From a virus, in the IMG/VR virus record IMGVR_UViG_3300046689_000199: a DNA stretch of 64,000 bases; one strand, given 5' to 3'. This document shows positions 1 through 8,140 of this stretch, piece by piece (within the stretch, counting starts at the first letter, position 1; every line of letters begins with the position of its first letter). The notes beneath the pieces are model-generated. The model saw only the letters and a list, made by a program, of their open reading frames with translations, did no database searches and was not told the DNA's origin. The position numbers and the translations under genes are program-made.

Positions 1-438
1 GTACTTCGGTCCCACACCCCCCAGGGAGCGTCGTACAACCCCCAGTACCCTCCCGGCGGGGTCGCGGAGCGGGTAGGTGGCGGCACCGGCCTCCGAGTCG
101 TAGCCGAGTCGGAAGGCACGGGCCGCCGCCACACCCACCCGCTCTACCCAGTATTGGTGAACCGGGCCGGCATCCCAGCGGGACAGCCAGGACTCGGGGA
201 AGACCTCTCCCTCGGCCAGCTTGTTGTCGACCCAGAGCCTCATCTGCTGGTAGTCGGGCTCGGCCAGTCGGGCCTCACCGTTCAGGTCACCAGTGGCGTG
301 GCAGGTGTAGCAGTACCACTTCCCCTTGATGATGTTCACCGAGGCGCTGGGACGGCTGTCACCGTGCTCCGGGCAGAGGAAGGACCTCTCGACCCCCCGC
401 CCGTAGCGGAGGGCCTCAGCGAGGGTCAGTGCTCGCAT
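1..438 (-). CDS. dnaG: DnaG-type DNA primase, N-terminal part only (gene runs off the window start); N-terminal zinc finger CPEHGDSRPS...CYTCHATGD
   Basis: Manual translation of the minus strand from ATG at 438: MRALTLAEALRYGRGVERSFLCPEHGDSRPSASVNIIKGKWYCYTCHATGDLNGE... Zinc-finger pattern typical of DnaG primases; lies directly downstream of the DnaB-like helicase on the same strand. Confidence 0.65.
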   Translation of the reverse strand, partial: MRALTLAEALRYGRGVERSFLCPEHGDSRPSASVNIIKGKWYCYTCHATGDLNGEARLAEPDYQQMRLWVDNKLAEGEVFPESWLSRWDAGPVHQYWVERVGVAAARAFRLGYDSEAGAATYPLRDPAGRVLGVVRRSLGGVGPKY

Positions 439-559
439 CGCACATACACGTGGTGCGAGCCATCGCAGTAGGGGTGGACGCACACCCAGGTGAACCTCCC
501 CCAGGTGACCTTGTGCGTGATCGGCATACCGATGGTGGGCTTCTCCGCTACAGCAGTAC

Positions 560-1858
560 TCACAGCTTGTCCTTGCTCTTGATCACCCGCAGCGCAGGTG
601 GGGGCGTGGTGGAGGTGTCGGCCAGAGCCTCGGCGTTGATCACCAGGTCCTCGGCGTGGTCCGCGGAGATCTCGGTGTAGGTGCCGGTGTTCGGGTCGAA
701 GGTCGTGTAGAAGTGGATGCCGCTGGGTCCGTGCCGGTTCTTCTCGATCGAGAAGTGCGTGGCCACGTCCTTGGGCTTCGCACGCATCGTGAGCACCACG
801 TCCCCGTCCTGCCCGAGCGCGTCGGACTGAGCCAGGTTCTTCACCTTGGGCGGTGCGTGTCCGGTCTCACCGTCCCGGTTGATCTGAGCAGCGCAGAGCA
901 GCGAGGTCTTCTGCTGCAGCGCGATGGTCTTCAGGGAGTTGCTGATCGAGGCCATCACCCGCCAGTCGTCGATGGCTCGGCCACCGCCGTCCTGGCTCAT
1001 CAGCCCCACGTAGTCGATGTTGGTGAGGTGGTACTCACCGCAGCGAGCAGCCACCACTGACGGGGACACCGGTCCGTCCGCCGGCGTGTGGATGTCCAGG
1101 GCTCCGCCACAGCCCTCCAGACGCTCCGCGAGCTCACCGATGAACTTCCGGTAGGACGTGCGGTCCACGCTCCAGGAGCGGAGGTTGGTCAGGGTGATCG
1201 AGGGGTAGCCCATCTCGGTCGCCAGGGAGGCATGGAAACGGGCCCTGACCTCGTCCTCAGACATCTCCAAGGAGTAGAACAGGACCCGGTTTCCGGCCAG
1301 GACGGCGTGCTTGCTGAAGGACGACAGGTGGGCGCTCTTGCCCTGGCCCGGCCTGGCGGCTAGGTACCACAGGTTCCCGGCCCGCAGGCCCCCTGTGTGC
1401 CGCTGGAGCGTCGCGTAGGGAAGCTCCACGGTGTACGGACGGTGATCCCAGTTGTCCAGGTGGTCCGTAGCCACCAGGAGTGGCTTCGGCTTCACCACCG
1501 CGCGACGCGGAGCAGCGTTCACCAGGGTCTGGTGGGCCTGCTCGGTCTCACCCAGATGCATCAGCTCCATGGACTCGGTGATCGCGGTGGTGATCCGTCT
1601 GCGGTTGGCCTGGTTGTGCACCATGTCCGCTGCCGACCTGACGTCGGCGTGCTCAGAGAAGGAGAAGCCCGGGAACTTGTGGTTGAAGATGTCCCGGGTC
1701 GGCTGGCACTGGTAGGTCTCGACGTAGTTGCTGAGCCAGTTGTACTCGTCGGAGTACCCCTCGAAGAGTCCTGCGCTGATCCCGTACTTCACCTCCTCGC
1801 CGACAGACTCGGTGTTCAGCAGTGCGGAGATCAGCAGACCTTCGGCGGAGAGTGGCAC
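560..1858 (-). CDS. dnaB: DnaB-family replicative DNA helicase (GTG start at 1858, SD AGGAG 7 nt upstream)
   Basis: 432 aa. Walker A AARPGQGKS; Walker B-like HLTNIDYVGLM; AAQINRDGE and EKNRHGPSG motifs typical of DnaB H3/H4; N-terminal DnaB-like domain. Confidence 0.85.
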   Translation of the reverse strand: MPLSAEGLLISALLNTESVGEEVKYGISAGLFEGYSDEYNWLSNYVETYQCQPTRDIFNHKFPGFSFSEHADVRSAADMVHNQANRRRITTAITESMELMHLGETEQAHQTLVNAAPRRAVVKPKPLLVATDHLDNWDHRPYTVELPYATLQRHTGGLRAGNLWYLAARPGQGKSAHLSSFSKHAVLAGNRVLFYSLEMSEDEVRARFHASLATEMGYPSITLTNLRSWSVDRTSYRKFIGELAERLEGCGGALDIHTPADGPVSPSVVAARCGEYHLTNIDYVGLMSQDGGGRAIDDWRVMASISNSLKTIALQQKTSLLCAAQINRDGETGHAPPKVKNLAQSDALGQDGDVVLTMRAKPKDVATHFSIEKNRHGPSGIHFYTTFDPNTGTYTEISADHAEDLVINAEALADTSTTPPPALRVIKSKDKL

Positions 1859-1887
1859 GTGGTGCTCCTGTCAGACGTGTGTGCCAC

Positions 1888-1916
1888 ACACTATGCAGTG
1901 TATGGAGTGAGTGCAA
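1888..1916 (-). promoter_or_regulatory. Candidate sigma70-like promoter for the helicase/primase operon (TTGCAC-17-TAGTGT on the minus strand). It overlaps a variant copy of the conserved GTGTATGGAGT...CAAT motif.
   Basis: Reverse complement of 1888-1916 gives TTGCAC, 17-nt spacer, TAGTGT. It lies 30 nt upstream of the SD and GTG start of the helicase gene. Confidence 0.35.
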
Positions 1917-1924
1917 TGCCCTGT

Positions 1925-2266
1925 CTACGCTGATCTGCGGTAGAGCGGCATCTGGTTCGCATCAGGCCACGCCCAGTGCCTGTGTCCGTGCCGGCTCGTC
2001 ACCAGGACGCCGCCGTTGTGCTCACAGGCGTGTGCGGACCTGCAGGTGTAGCAGTACGGGTGCCGCATCTTGATCCGCGGGGCATCCGGGTAGCAGATCT
2101 TGCAGGGCCGGACGAACACGTCCTCCAGGTCAGCGGCGATCAGGTCATGACCGTCGCCACGAGCAGGGCCCTTGGTGAGCTGGTAGCACTCTGGGTGCCG
2201 GTGGAACCTGGTGCGGTGCTTCGGATCGCTCCGCATCCAGACCGTGGGCATCTGCCGAACGTACAC
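1925..2266 (-). CDS. Small Cys/His-rich (putative zinc-binding) protein; start uncertain (possibly the MPTVW methionine at 2248)
   Basis: ORF of 113 aa containing CKICYPD...HPYCYTCRSAHACEH; lies upstream of the helicase on the same strand. Confidence 0.4.
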   Translation of the reverse strand: MYVRQMPTVWMRSDPKHRTRFHRHPECYQLTKGPARGDGHDLIAADLEDVFVRPCKICYPDAPRIKMRHPYCYTCRSAHACEHNGGVLVTSRHGHRHWAWPDANQMPLYRRSA

Positions 2267-2286
2267 CTGTACGAGTGGTCTGTGAA

Positions 2287-2457
2287 CCTACCCGGAGGGC
2301 TTGTTCCAGGCGTCTCGAATGTGAGACAGAACGGCCAGCAGAACGTGGGTGGTAGCCACCGTCACACCGATCGCGAAGCCGGCCAGGATCAGGACACAGA
2401 GCAGCACCGGAACGATGTCACGCAGCTGCAGCCACCAGTACCACGGTGGTCGTCTCA
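2287..2457 (-). CDS. Possible small membrane protein (about 56 aa, GTG start)
   Basis: Manual translation: (V)RRPPWYWWLQLRDIVPVLLCVLILAGFAIGVTVATTHVLLAVLSHIRDAWNKPSG. One strongly hydrophobic segment; GGAGGA just upstream but with very short spacing. Confidence 0.3.
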
Positions 2458-2532
2458 CAGTCCTCCCCCGGACATGAGGAAGCCCCGGCGTCTCGGGTCA
2501 CCAGGGCTTCGTCGAGAGGACGGTAGCAGACA

Positions 2533-2578
2533 GAACGAGGCCCCCGGGAGAGTCTCAGTGCTCTCGGGGGCCTCGGAG
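2533..2578 (-). terminator. Long GC-rich hairpin (gaggcccccgggagag...ctctcgggggcctc) downstream of the minus-strand collagen-like/membrane gene pair; candidate intrinsic terminator
   Basis: About 14-bp stem with a short loop seen directly in the sequence. No clean U-tract, as is common in high-GC hosts. Confidence 0.35.
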
Positions 2579-2849
2579 CCTTGACCCGTGTCTGACGGCG
2601 GGTCTAGCGTGCGCTCTGACTAGGAGTGCAGGTTGATGGTAACTGTCATCGCCTGTCACCTCCAGTCATCAACTGGAGAGCGGACACGAACGCAGCCACC
2701 AGCGTGAGGTGGATCTTGACCCCGGTTGCACTCCGGGTGGGGCCGTCAGAGGGGCAGCTCGTGCATGACCATGTTTCATCTGTTTCCCCCTACGGGGGGA
2801 TGGGGGGCATGAGACAGCGCGTAGCTCTTGGGCTCCAGAGGAGCCGTGC

Positions 2850-3386
2850 TCACTGCCCGTTCTGTACACACACCGCCACGGTGAGATCCCGGTCCTGTGG
2901 TGCTCGTTGATGCAGAGCTACCACCTGAAAGGTGAACCCAGCAGGACAGGCACCAGGTGCAGTGGTTGGACCAGGAGGACCTGGTACTCCACGCTGACCC
3001 CGTGGACCTCTCCTCCCTCTGGGACCTCTCTCACCCGAAGGACCTGGCGGTCCACTGGGGCCTCGTGCTCCTGCTCTTCCTGGTGGTCCTTGCCCACCAT
3101 CCGCGCCAGTAGGACCAGTCAGACCAGGGATGCCTGTACCCGTGGCTCCAGTGGCTCCTCTGGGACCCACAGGTCCCTGGGGTCCAGTAGGGCCAGTAGC
3201 ACCTGGTGGGCCCGTTACAACGGACTGAGACGGTTCTGGTGAGACCGGTGCCGTACTAGGTGAGGAGGAGGGAGAGGGGTTCGTAGCTGGAGTCGCCGAG
3301 CTGTTCCCGGTGTTCAGTACTACAGCCAGTACCACCGAGGTGATCATCAAGACACCCGAGACGACGTAACCGACTACGATCCTCAT
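2850..3386 (-). CDS. Membrane-anchored collagen-like protein. It has an N-terminal TM segment, a Ser/Pro-rich linker, about 30 Gly-X-Y triplets and a Cys-containing C-terminal domain.
   Basis: 178 aa: [25 protein letters not shown]... then [25 protein letters not shown]...[20 protein letters not shown]. The ATG overlaps the stop of the upstream gene (ATGA). Confidence 0.7.
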   Translation of the reverse strand: MRIVVGYVVSGVLMITSVVLAVVLNTGNSSATPATNPSPSSSPSTAPVSPEPSQSVVTGPPGATGPTGPQGPVGPRGATGATGTGIPGLTGPTGADGGQGPPGRAGARGPSGPPGPSGERGPRGRRGPRGQRGVPGPPGPTTAPGACPAGFTFQVVALHQRAPQDRDLTVAVCVQNGQ

Positions 3387-3637
3387 CCTTCGTCCTTCGG
3401 CTCCTTCCTGGAGGAAGCCAGTACATCTGTCTTCCCGGCTAGAAACCCAGCCAGGAGACCGATCAGTGTGGTGAGCAGATCGGCGATGGTTCTAGCTCCA
3501 GCGCCAGGATCGAACTCCGGTCTGACGAAGGCCAGGATGATCAGAGCAGTCCCACCCAGCACCACTGCACCGCAGACAGTGCCGGCGATCATCAACACCA
3601 TGATCTCGCCGGTGCTCCGGTCTCTCAGTCTCGCCAT
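3383..3637 (-). CDS. Small two-TM membrane protein (start at [14 protein letters not shown] 9 nt upstream)
   Basis: 84 aa with two hydrophobic helices ([27 protein letters not shown]; [18 protein letters not shown]). Translationally coupled to the collagen-like gene. Confidence 0.55.
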   Translation of the reverse strand: MARLRDRSTGEIMVLMIAGTVCGAVVLGGTALIILAFVRPEFDPGAGARTIADLLTTLIGLLAGFLAGKTDVLASSRKEPKDEG

Positions 3638-3674
3638 CGGCTCATACCCCCTGTGCTCACGGTAAGTCATGGGG

Positions 3675-3703
3675 TTGTGCACATGTGGTGTATGGAGTAC
3701 AAT
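3675..3703 (+). promoter_or_regulatory. Promoter-like element TTGTGC-17-TACAAT carrying the conserved motif GTGTATGGAGTACAAT
   Basis: -35/-10 hexamers with 17-nt spacing. The same 16-mer family recurs at 3851-3866 and 19686-19701, and as a variant at 1897-1918. Confidence 0.4.
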
Positions 3704-3811
3704 GGAGACATGCGGAACCTGTAGCCAGTACATCTGGTGCTAGTGCACACGGGGTTCCGTCGAAGTCACCCGGATCAGTCTCCTGATGAGGAGCACCGGC
3801 ACTTCCGAACA

Positions 3812-3835
3812 GGCCGAGACCTTCGGGTCCCGGCC
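3812..3835 (+). terminator. Stable hairpin with a UUCG tetraloop (ggccgagacc-ttcg-ggtcccggcc) about 110 nt downstream of the 3675-3703 promoter-like element
   Basis: 10-bp stem with a TTCG loop seen directly; followed by cttgt. Confidence 0.4.
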
Positions 3836-3836
3836 C

Positions 3837-3866
3837 TTGTGCGTTATGTAGTGTTTGTGATACAAT
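3837..3866 (+). promoter_or_regulatory. Promoter-like element TTGTGC-18-TACAAT with an extended -10 (TGaTACAAT); carries the conserved motif GTGTTTGTGATACAAT
   Basis: Heads the rightward block of small genes. Confidence 0.5.
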
Positions 3867-3877
3867 GAACACAGTGC

Positions 3878-3900
3878 GTTACTCGCCATGCGCGAGTAAC
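3878..3900. promoter_or_regulatory. Perfect 9-bp inverted repeat GTTACTCGC-n5-GCGAGTAAC, 12 nt downstream of the -10 element (about +3 to +25); candidate operator
   Basis: Palindrome seen directly; the position overlaps the predicted transcription start. Confidence 0.45.
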
Positions 3901-3943
3901 CACACCCTCACCCGGACCCCATGTACGGGCGAGGGGGAACCGG

Positions 3944-3989
3944 CCCGGTGTCGGAGGTTATTCGTAGCCTTCGACACCGGGCTTTTTTC
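3944..3989 (+). terminator. Intrinsic terminator (cccggtgtcg...cgacaccggg followed by TTTTTT). It lies about 115 nt downstream of the 3837-3866 promoter and before the first plus-strand ORF.
   Basis: 10-bp stem with a U6 tract. Confidence 0.6.
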
Positions 3990-4009
3990 ATGCCCACACA
4001 TCGAAAGGG

Positions 4010-4339
4010 ATGAGAACGACGAACGACATGACGCACATTCACATGGGTCCACCCGAAGAAGGGCAGACCCCGATGGAGGACTTCGCTCTGCAGTACCTGA
4101 TCCTCGGCTGTTGGCGAGGAGCAGCTGCCTTCGAGTCCTTCCCGATCAAGGTCGACCACATCGAGGACAACGTCGACGATGCGGGCGACATCCAGTCCTT
4201 CACCATCGTCACTGAGTCTGGTCTGAGGTTCACCACCACAGTGACCTTCGAGGAGCCTCCTGCTGTTCCGCACACCAAGGAGGAGAACATCGCCTTCCGC
4301 AAGGACTGGGATGAGCAAGTAGACCGGGGGAAGTCATGA
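4010..4339 (+). CDS. Hypothetical protein (start uncertain; in-frame alternatives at 4028 and 4043)
   Basis: ORF with high GC3. The conserved CACATCGAAAGGG element abuts ATG 4010. Confidence 0.45.
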   Translation: MRTTNDMTHIHMGPPEEGQTPMEDFALQYLILGCWRGAAAFESFPIKVDHIEDNVDDAGDIQSFTIVTESGLRFTTTVTFEEPPAVPHTKEENIAFRKDWDEQVDRGKS

Positions 4340-4707
4340 ACACCTGGGTGCTCTGGACGCACTACGACTGCGAGGTCTACGTGTCTCTCCATGCCAGTGA
4401 GGACGCAGCCTGGAACGAGCTGAAGACGGCTTGGCTGGAGGACTGCGACGAGGACTGTGGTCACAACCCGGAGGGAGAGATGTCGATCTCGGAGATCGCC
4501 TCGGCCCTGGAGTACCACGTCGACGAGCTGGAGTTCGGCATCTGCGAGTTCGAGGTGCCTCAGCTCACGACAGCGGAGCAGAGCCTGCAGAACGCGAAAC
4601 AGCTCACTGCTGAGCGGGTCGAGAGGCCCACTGAGCAGAACGCGATGCCCACGGAGAGAGCTGACGAGCTGCTGGCCCGTCTCCAGTCCTTCCAGGGGTC
4701 GTCATGA
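4336..4707 (+). CDS. Hypothetical protein
   Basis: ATGA overlap with the upstream gene; codon bias. Confidence 0.55.
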   Translation: MNTWVLWTHYDCEVYVSLHASEDAAWNELKTAWLEDCDEDCGHNPEGEMSISEIASALEYHVDELEFGICEFEVPQLTTAEQSLQNAKQLTAERVERPTEQNAMPTERADELLARLQSFQGSS

Positions 4708-5057
4708 ACGTCGAAGTTGAGATGCCTTGGCTCACTCCCAAGGTCGATCAGCGTGTGGCTTTCATGGTCGAGAAGGGGGCTCTGGACATCGCTCGGGAAG
4801 CGGGCACGAACTTCATCATGAGCCTGCTCGACGAGGGCGAGGAAGACATGTCGGCAGAGGAGATAGAGCGCTGGGAACGGACCTGTGACAACTGCGGGAA
4901 GTACGTCCCTCCCGAGCCTGACAGGCCCAACTACACCGAGTTCTACAGCGGATACGTCACCCGCACCATCGAGGGAGTGCAGATCATGCTCGCCTTCGGC
5001 GTCTGCGGTACATGCAAGGAAGACACAGCAACCATGAAGGGGAACACAGATGACTGA
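4704..5057 (+). CDS. Hypothetical Zn-ribbon protein (CDNCGK...CGTCK)
   Basis: ATGA overlap; two CxxC pairs. Confidence 0.55.
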   Translation: MNVEVEMPWLTPKVDQRVAFMVEKGALDIAREAGTNFIMSLLDEGEEDMSAEEIERWERTCDNCGKYVPPEPDRPNYTEFYSGYVTRTIEGVQIMLAFGVCGTCKEDTATMKGNTDD

Positions 5058-5457
5058 ACTGATCGACTTCGACCTGGCCGATGTCCTGGCCGAGTCACGT
5101 GAGTACATCGACAAGTACGGCTGGGGCAAGGGCGAGTTCGTCGTCAAGACGTACGACGACAACGACGACGACTACGAGGTGATCGGCTACTGCGCGATGG
5201 GCGGTGTCCTGTACAGCCAGGAGATCTTCGAGTCCGAGTGCTCCACGGACCCGCGGACTCGCGCTGTCGCTGCTGCTCTGGCCAACGCTCTGGGTCTGGC
5301 CAAGCACCTCTCCACGGAGTGCACGGACGACGGTCAGTGCTCCTGCGTCATCAACTGGGTCACCTCCTGGAACGACGACGACGACCGCACCAAGGACGAT
5401 GTCCTGGACGCCTTCATGAAGGCCGAGAAGATCGCTCGGGGTGGCACCGTTGACTGA
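5050..5457 (+). CDS. Hypothetical acidic protein
   Basis: 8-nt overlap with the upstream gene; codon bias. Confidence 0.5.
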   Translation: MTELIDFDLADVLAESREYIDKYGWGKGEFVVKTYDDNDDDYEVIGYCAMGGVLYSQEIFESECSTDPRTRAVAAALANALGLAKHLSTECTDDGQCSCVINWVTSWNDDDDRTKDDVLDAFMKAEKIARGGTVD

Positions 5458-5932
5458 GTACCAGCAGCGAAGGGACGCCTTGGATCAGAAGATCCTCGAC
5501 GACATCGAGAAGCACGGCTGGTCGGACATGAGCATCTTCCCGACCAAGGACCTGCCCGGTCTGCCGTTCAACTACACGGTGGGCTTCTCCACACATCACG
5601 ACCAGCCAGAGCTGCTGATCATGGGCATGGACCACCGACAGATGCACGGTGTCCTTGGATCAGCCTTCGTACGGATGGGAGGTGGTGAGAGGTTCCGTGC
5701 CGGCGAGTACTACCACGAGGTTCTGGTGGAGCACCGGGTGGCCTTCGTGGAGATCCCGGACCCGATCGACAACGGGTACCCGATGTCCATGACCCACCGC
5801 CTGATGGGTGAGTTCAAGGCCCTGCAGCTGGTCTGGCCAGACATGAACGATCGGTTCCCCTGGCACGTCGGCTTCGACAAGAACTACCTCGATCACCAGG
5901 AGCTGCTCGGCCCCTGGAAGGGAGACCTCTGA
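5441..5932 (+). CDS. DUF4262-like protein
   Basis: Segment PFNYTVGFSTHHDQPELLIMGMD resembles the conserved core of the DUF4262 family found in Actinobacteria and their phages, as recalled from memory (not searched). Confidence 0.5.
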   Translation: MAPLTEYQQRRDALDQKILDDIEKHGWSDMSIFPTKDLPGLPFNYTVGFSTHHDQPELLIMGMDHRQMHGVLGSAFVRMGGGERFRAGEYYHEVLVEHRVAFVEIPDPIDNGYPMSMTHRLMGEFKALQLVWPDMNDRFPWHVGFDKNYLDHQELLGPWKGDL

Positions 5933-6204
5933 TGGGGATCACTGACCTCCACAAGGCCCCGATCCCGTTCGACCGGCTCACCGAGCTGGCCAACGAGATG
6001 CAGGAGCTGGCTCAGACCGCGGAGAACTCCGACGTGAGAGGGATCATCTGCCTCTCCACCGAGGACCAGGGCGGCATCGTCATGTTCGGTTTCGACGATG
6101 CCTCTGAGGCGATCGCTCAGCTGCTGCTGCACGTCAAGGCGATCTTCCAGTCCGAGGACAAGGAGTTCGGGATCATGACCGACCAAGGATTCATGGTGCT
6201 GTGA
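5932..6204 (+). CDS. Hypothetical protein
   Basis: TGATG overlap with the upstream gene. Confidence 0.5.
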   Translation: MGITDLHKAPIPFDRLTELANEMQELAQTAENSDVRGIICLSTEDQGGIVMFGFDDASEAIAQLLLHVKAIFQSEDKEFGIMTDQGFMVL

Positions 6205-6452
6205 TGGCCGGCGGACAACGCCAGATAGACCAGATGTACGCCTTCACCCAAGTTGACCCCCTCGACAACACCGAGGGGGTCATCGCCTTTCTGGCCGAGT
6301 CTGGCTGGATACCGATGGTCGGTGCCGACATGGACCGGATCGAGTACCTACGACCGATGGCCCAACGTGTGGCCAACGAGACGAGGACCCCGGTGAAGCT
6401 GCTCCGGTTCTCGTTCCGTCAGGTGATGGAGGAGCTGATCCCAGATGGGTGA
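6201..6452 (+). CDS. Hypothetical protein (GTG 6201 or ATG 6204 start)
   Basis: GTGATG junction with the upstream gene. Confidence 0.5.
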   Translation: MMAGGQRQIDQMYAFTQVDPLDNTEGVIAFLAESGWIPMVGADMDRIEYLRPMAQRVANETRTPVKLLRFSFRQVMEELIPDG

Positions 6453-6675
6453 CCTCTACGACATCGCTCGGATCATCACCGATGCAGCGCTGGGAGAGGG
6501 CACGTACGCCGACCTGAACAGGGACAACCCAGACCCTGGCGTACAGGCAGCGATCCAGCGTTTCGAGGCAGGGTCCTTCACCTGTCCTCGGTGCCTGATG
6601 ACCTCCTACAACCCGAACGACATCAGAGAGGGGTACTGCGGAAACTGCCATGACTGGACCCGAGGAAGTAGCTGA
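6445..6675 (+). CDS. Hypothetical Zn-ribbon protein (CPRC...CGNC)
   Basis: 8-nt overlap with the upstream gene. Confidence 0.5.
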   Translation: MGDLYDIARIITDAALGEGTYADLNRDNPDPGVQAAIQRFEAGSFTCPRCLMTSYNPNDIREGYCGNCHDWTRGSS

Positions 6676-6823
6676 GAATCAGCGGTTCATCAGACCGGAG
6701 GGCTGCATCTGTCCGATGTTCACCGACATCGGGGAGGCCCGGATCGCTGATCTGACCTGTCCGGTACACGGAGTCGACGGCACAGAGCCTGGAGATGGGT
6801 TCTGGGAGGTGAAGGATGAATGA
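6650..6823 (+). CDS. Possible small Cys-containing protein (57 aa)
   Basis: Manual translation: MTGPEEVAENQRFIRPEGCICPMF...CPVHGVDGTEPGDGFWEVKDE. It fills the gap between flanking genes and overlaps both. Confidence 0.3.
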   Translation: MTGPEEVAENQRFIRPEGCICPMFTDIGEARIADLTCPVHGVDGTEPGDGFWEVKDE

Positions 6824-7070
6824 TGTGACCAAGACTCACGTCATCGAGCTCGACAACATGTCCCTGATGATGTTGCAGCATCTTCGTGAGCATCAGGACG
6901 AGGAGCCGAAGCGTCCAGACGACGACGACCCGCGGTACCTAGTAGAGGAGATGACCGCTCGGCACTACGAGTGGTCCCGTACACACCAGGCGATCCGCTT
7001 GCTCCTCGGGGTGCAGCTGGTGAACCTGGCAGTAGAGCAACTAGACCAGAGAGGAGATGTACCTGGTTGA
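6816..7070 (+). CDS. Hypothetical protein
   Basis: ORF with codon bias. Confidence 0.5.
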   Translation: MNDVTKTHVIELDNMSLMMLQHLREHQDEEPKRPDDDDPRYLVEEMTARHYEWSRTHQAIRLLLGVQLVNLAVEQLDQRGDVPG

Positions 7071-7072
7071 CC

Positions 7073-7459
7073 ATGGACTGGCTCGACAAAGAGGGGAATC
7101 CCATCTCCACAGAGGAGTGGGGCCGCCTCAAAGAGGATGAGGACTACCACAGGGTCGGTCTGGACCAGGTGGGACCGTACATGGTCTCCACGGTCTGGCT
7201 AGGCCTGGATCACCAGTACATGGAGGGTGGTCCACCCCTCATCTTCGAGACGATGGTCTTCACCACCACGGCCTGGAACGCCGATCGGAGTGAGGAAGAC
7301 CACGAAGGACTGCTGGATCTGGACTGCATCCGGTACAGCACGGAACATGAGGCCCGAGTGGGACACCGCGACATGGTGACCCTGATCCGGGCTACATACG
7401 TCGAAAACCCCTACGAAACACCCTCGGAAGCGTCATCTGGCCCTGAAAGTAGTGTTTAG
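7073..7459 (+). CDS. Hypothetical protein (ATG 7073, two nt after the upstream stop)
   Basis: ORF with tight packing. Confidence 0.5.
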   Translation: MDWLDKEGNPISTEEWGRLKEDEDYHRVGLDQVGPYMVSTVWLGLDHQYMEGGPPLIFETMVFTTTAWNADRSEEDHEGLLDLDCIRYSTEHEARVGHRDMVTLIRATYVENPYETPSEASSGPESSV

Positions 7460-7530
7460 GGTGGCTTTTAGTGCCCTAAATAGGCTATAATAAGAGGGTC
7501 AGGGCGACTGCATACCCTGATACGCGCGAA

Positions 7531-7561
7531 AGGCCTCCTGCTTCGGCAGGGGGCCTTTTTC
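7531..7561 (+). terminator. Intrinsic terminator (aggcctcctgc-TTCG-gcagggggcct followed by TTTTT). A TATAAT hexamer at 7486-7491 lies just upstream.
   Basis: 11-bp stem, UUCG loop and U5 tract. Confidence 0.6.
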
Positions 7562-7597
7562 GTGTTCCCACCCACATCACATGAAAGGGGGGCCACC

Positions 7598-8080
7598 ATG
7601 GCCACCACTGACATCTTCCGCATCAAGACCCGGAACTCCATCTACGAGATCCAGGTCCGCGATTCGGGTATCTCCCGCTGCCGCAGGGAGGGCGAGTCCT
7701 GGCGACCCGTCACGGGCGACTCCAGCTACCTGGAGAAGCTCTGCATCGGGCCGTCGTTCGACGTGCCTGGCGTGGTCCAGACCTCCAACGTCGAGGACTA
7801 CGCCCACTTCGTGCTCTCCACGGAGCCGAAGCGCAAGGCCAAGGCCCTGCAGGGGTCTGGGACCGGCATCCCGGAGTTCTTCGGGATGGTGGCCGAGCAC
7901 GTCAAGGAGCAGGCCCAGCCGCAGGCCGTCATGGTCGCGCCAGACCCACGAGAGCGGGTCGAGGGCTGCGCGCAGTGCGAGTCCGGTCCGGTCTGGCACA
8001 ACGGGTCGAGGGGCTGCAAGTCCGGGTCCATCGCCTCCGGCGGGTCGCGGGCGCACTGCACCTGCGACTACTGCTTCTGA
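7598..8080 (+). CDS. Hypothetical protein (start MATTD; conserved CACATGAAAGGGG element upstream)
   Basis: ORF with a purine-rich RBS motif 7 nt upstream. Confidence 0.55.
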   Translation: MATTDIFRIKTRNSIYEIQVRDSGISRCRREGESWRPVTGDSSYLEKLCIGPSFDVPGVVQTSNVEDYAHFVLSTEPKRKAKALQGSGTGIPEFFGMVAEHVKEQAQPQAVMVAPDPRERVEGCAQCESGPVWHNGSRGCKSGSIASGGSRAHCTCDYCF

Positions 8081-8140
8081 CCTTCGGGTCACCCGGCCCC
8101 CGTCAATCGGCGGGGGCCTCACGCATGGAAGGGAAGCACC

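Noticed and set aside
154-680. Plus-strand ORFs 154-471 and 429-680 at the left edge
   Set aside because: They overlap the convincing minus-strand primase (zinc finger) and helicase-primase junction. They have no RBS and atypical composition.
2690-2800. Several short hairpins (ctccagt...actggag; ccccc-tac-ggggg) in the 270-nt spacer downstream of the collagen-like gene
   Set aside because: Individually weak and without U-tracts on the relevant strand. Possibly structural, but not enough to call a feature.
3657-3872. Minus-strand 71-aa ORF spanning the control region
   Set aside because: It overlaps the promoter motifs and hairpins. No RBS; low-complexity product.
7486-7491. Perfect TATAAT hexamer
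   Set aside because: No convincing -35. It sits 40 nt upstream of a strong terminator. Kept only as a note under the promoter-terminator finding.
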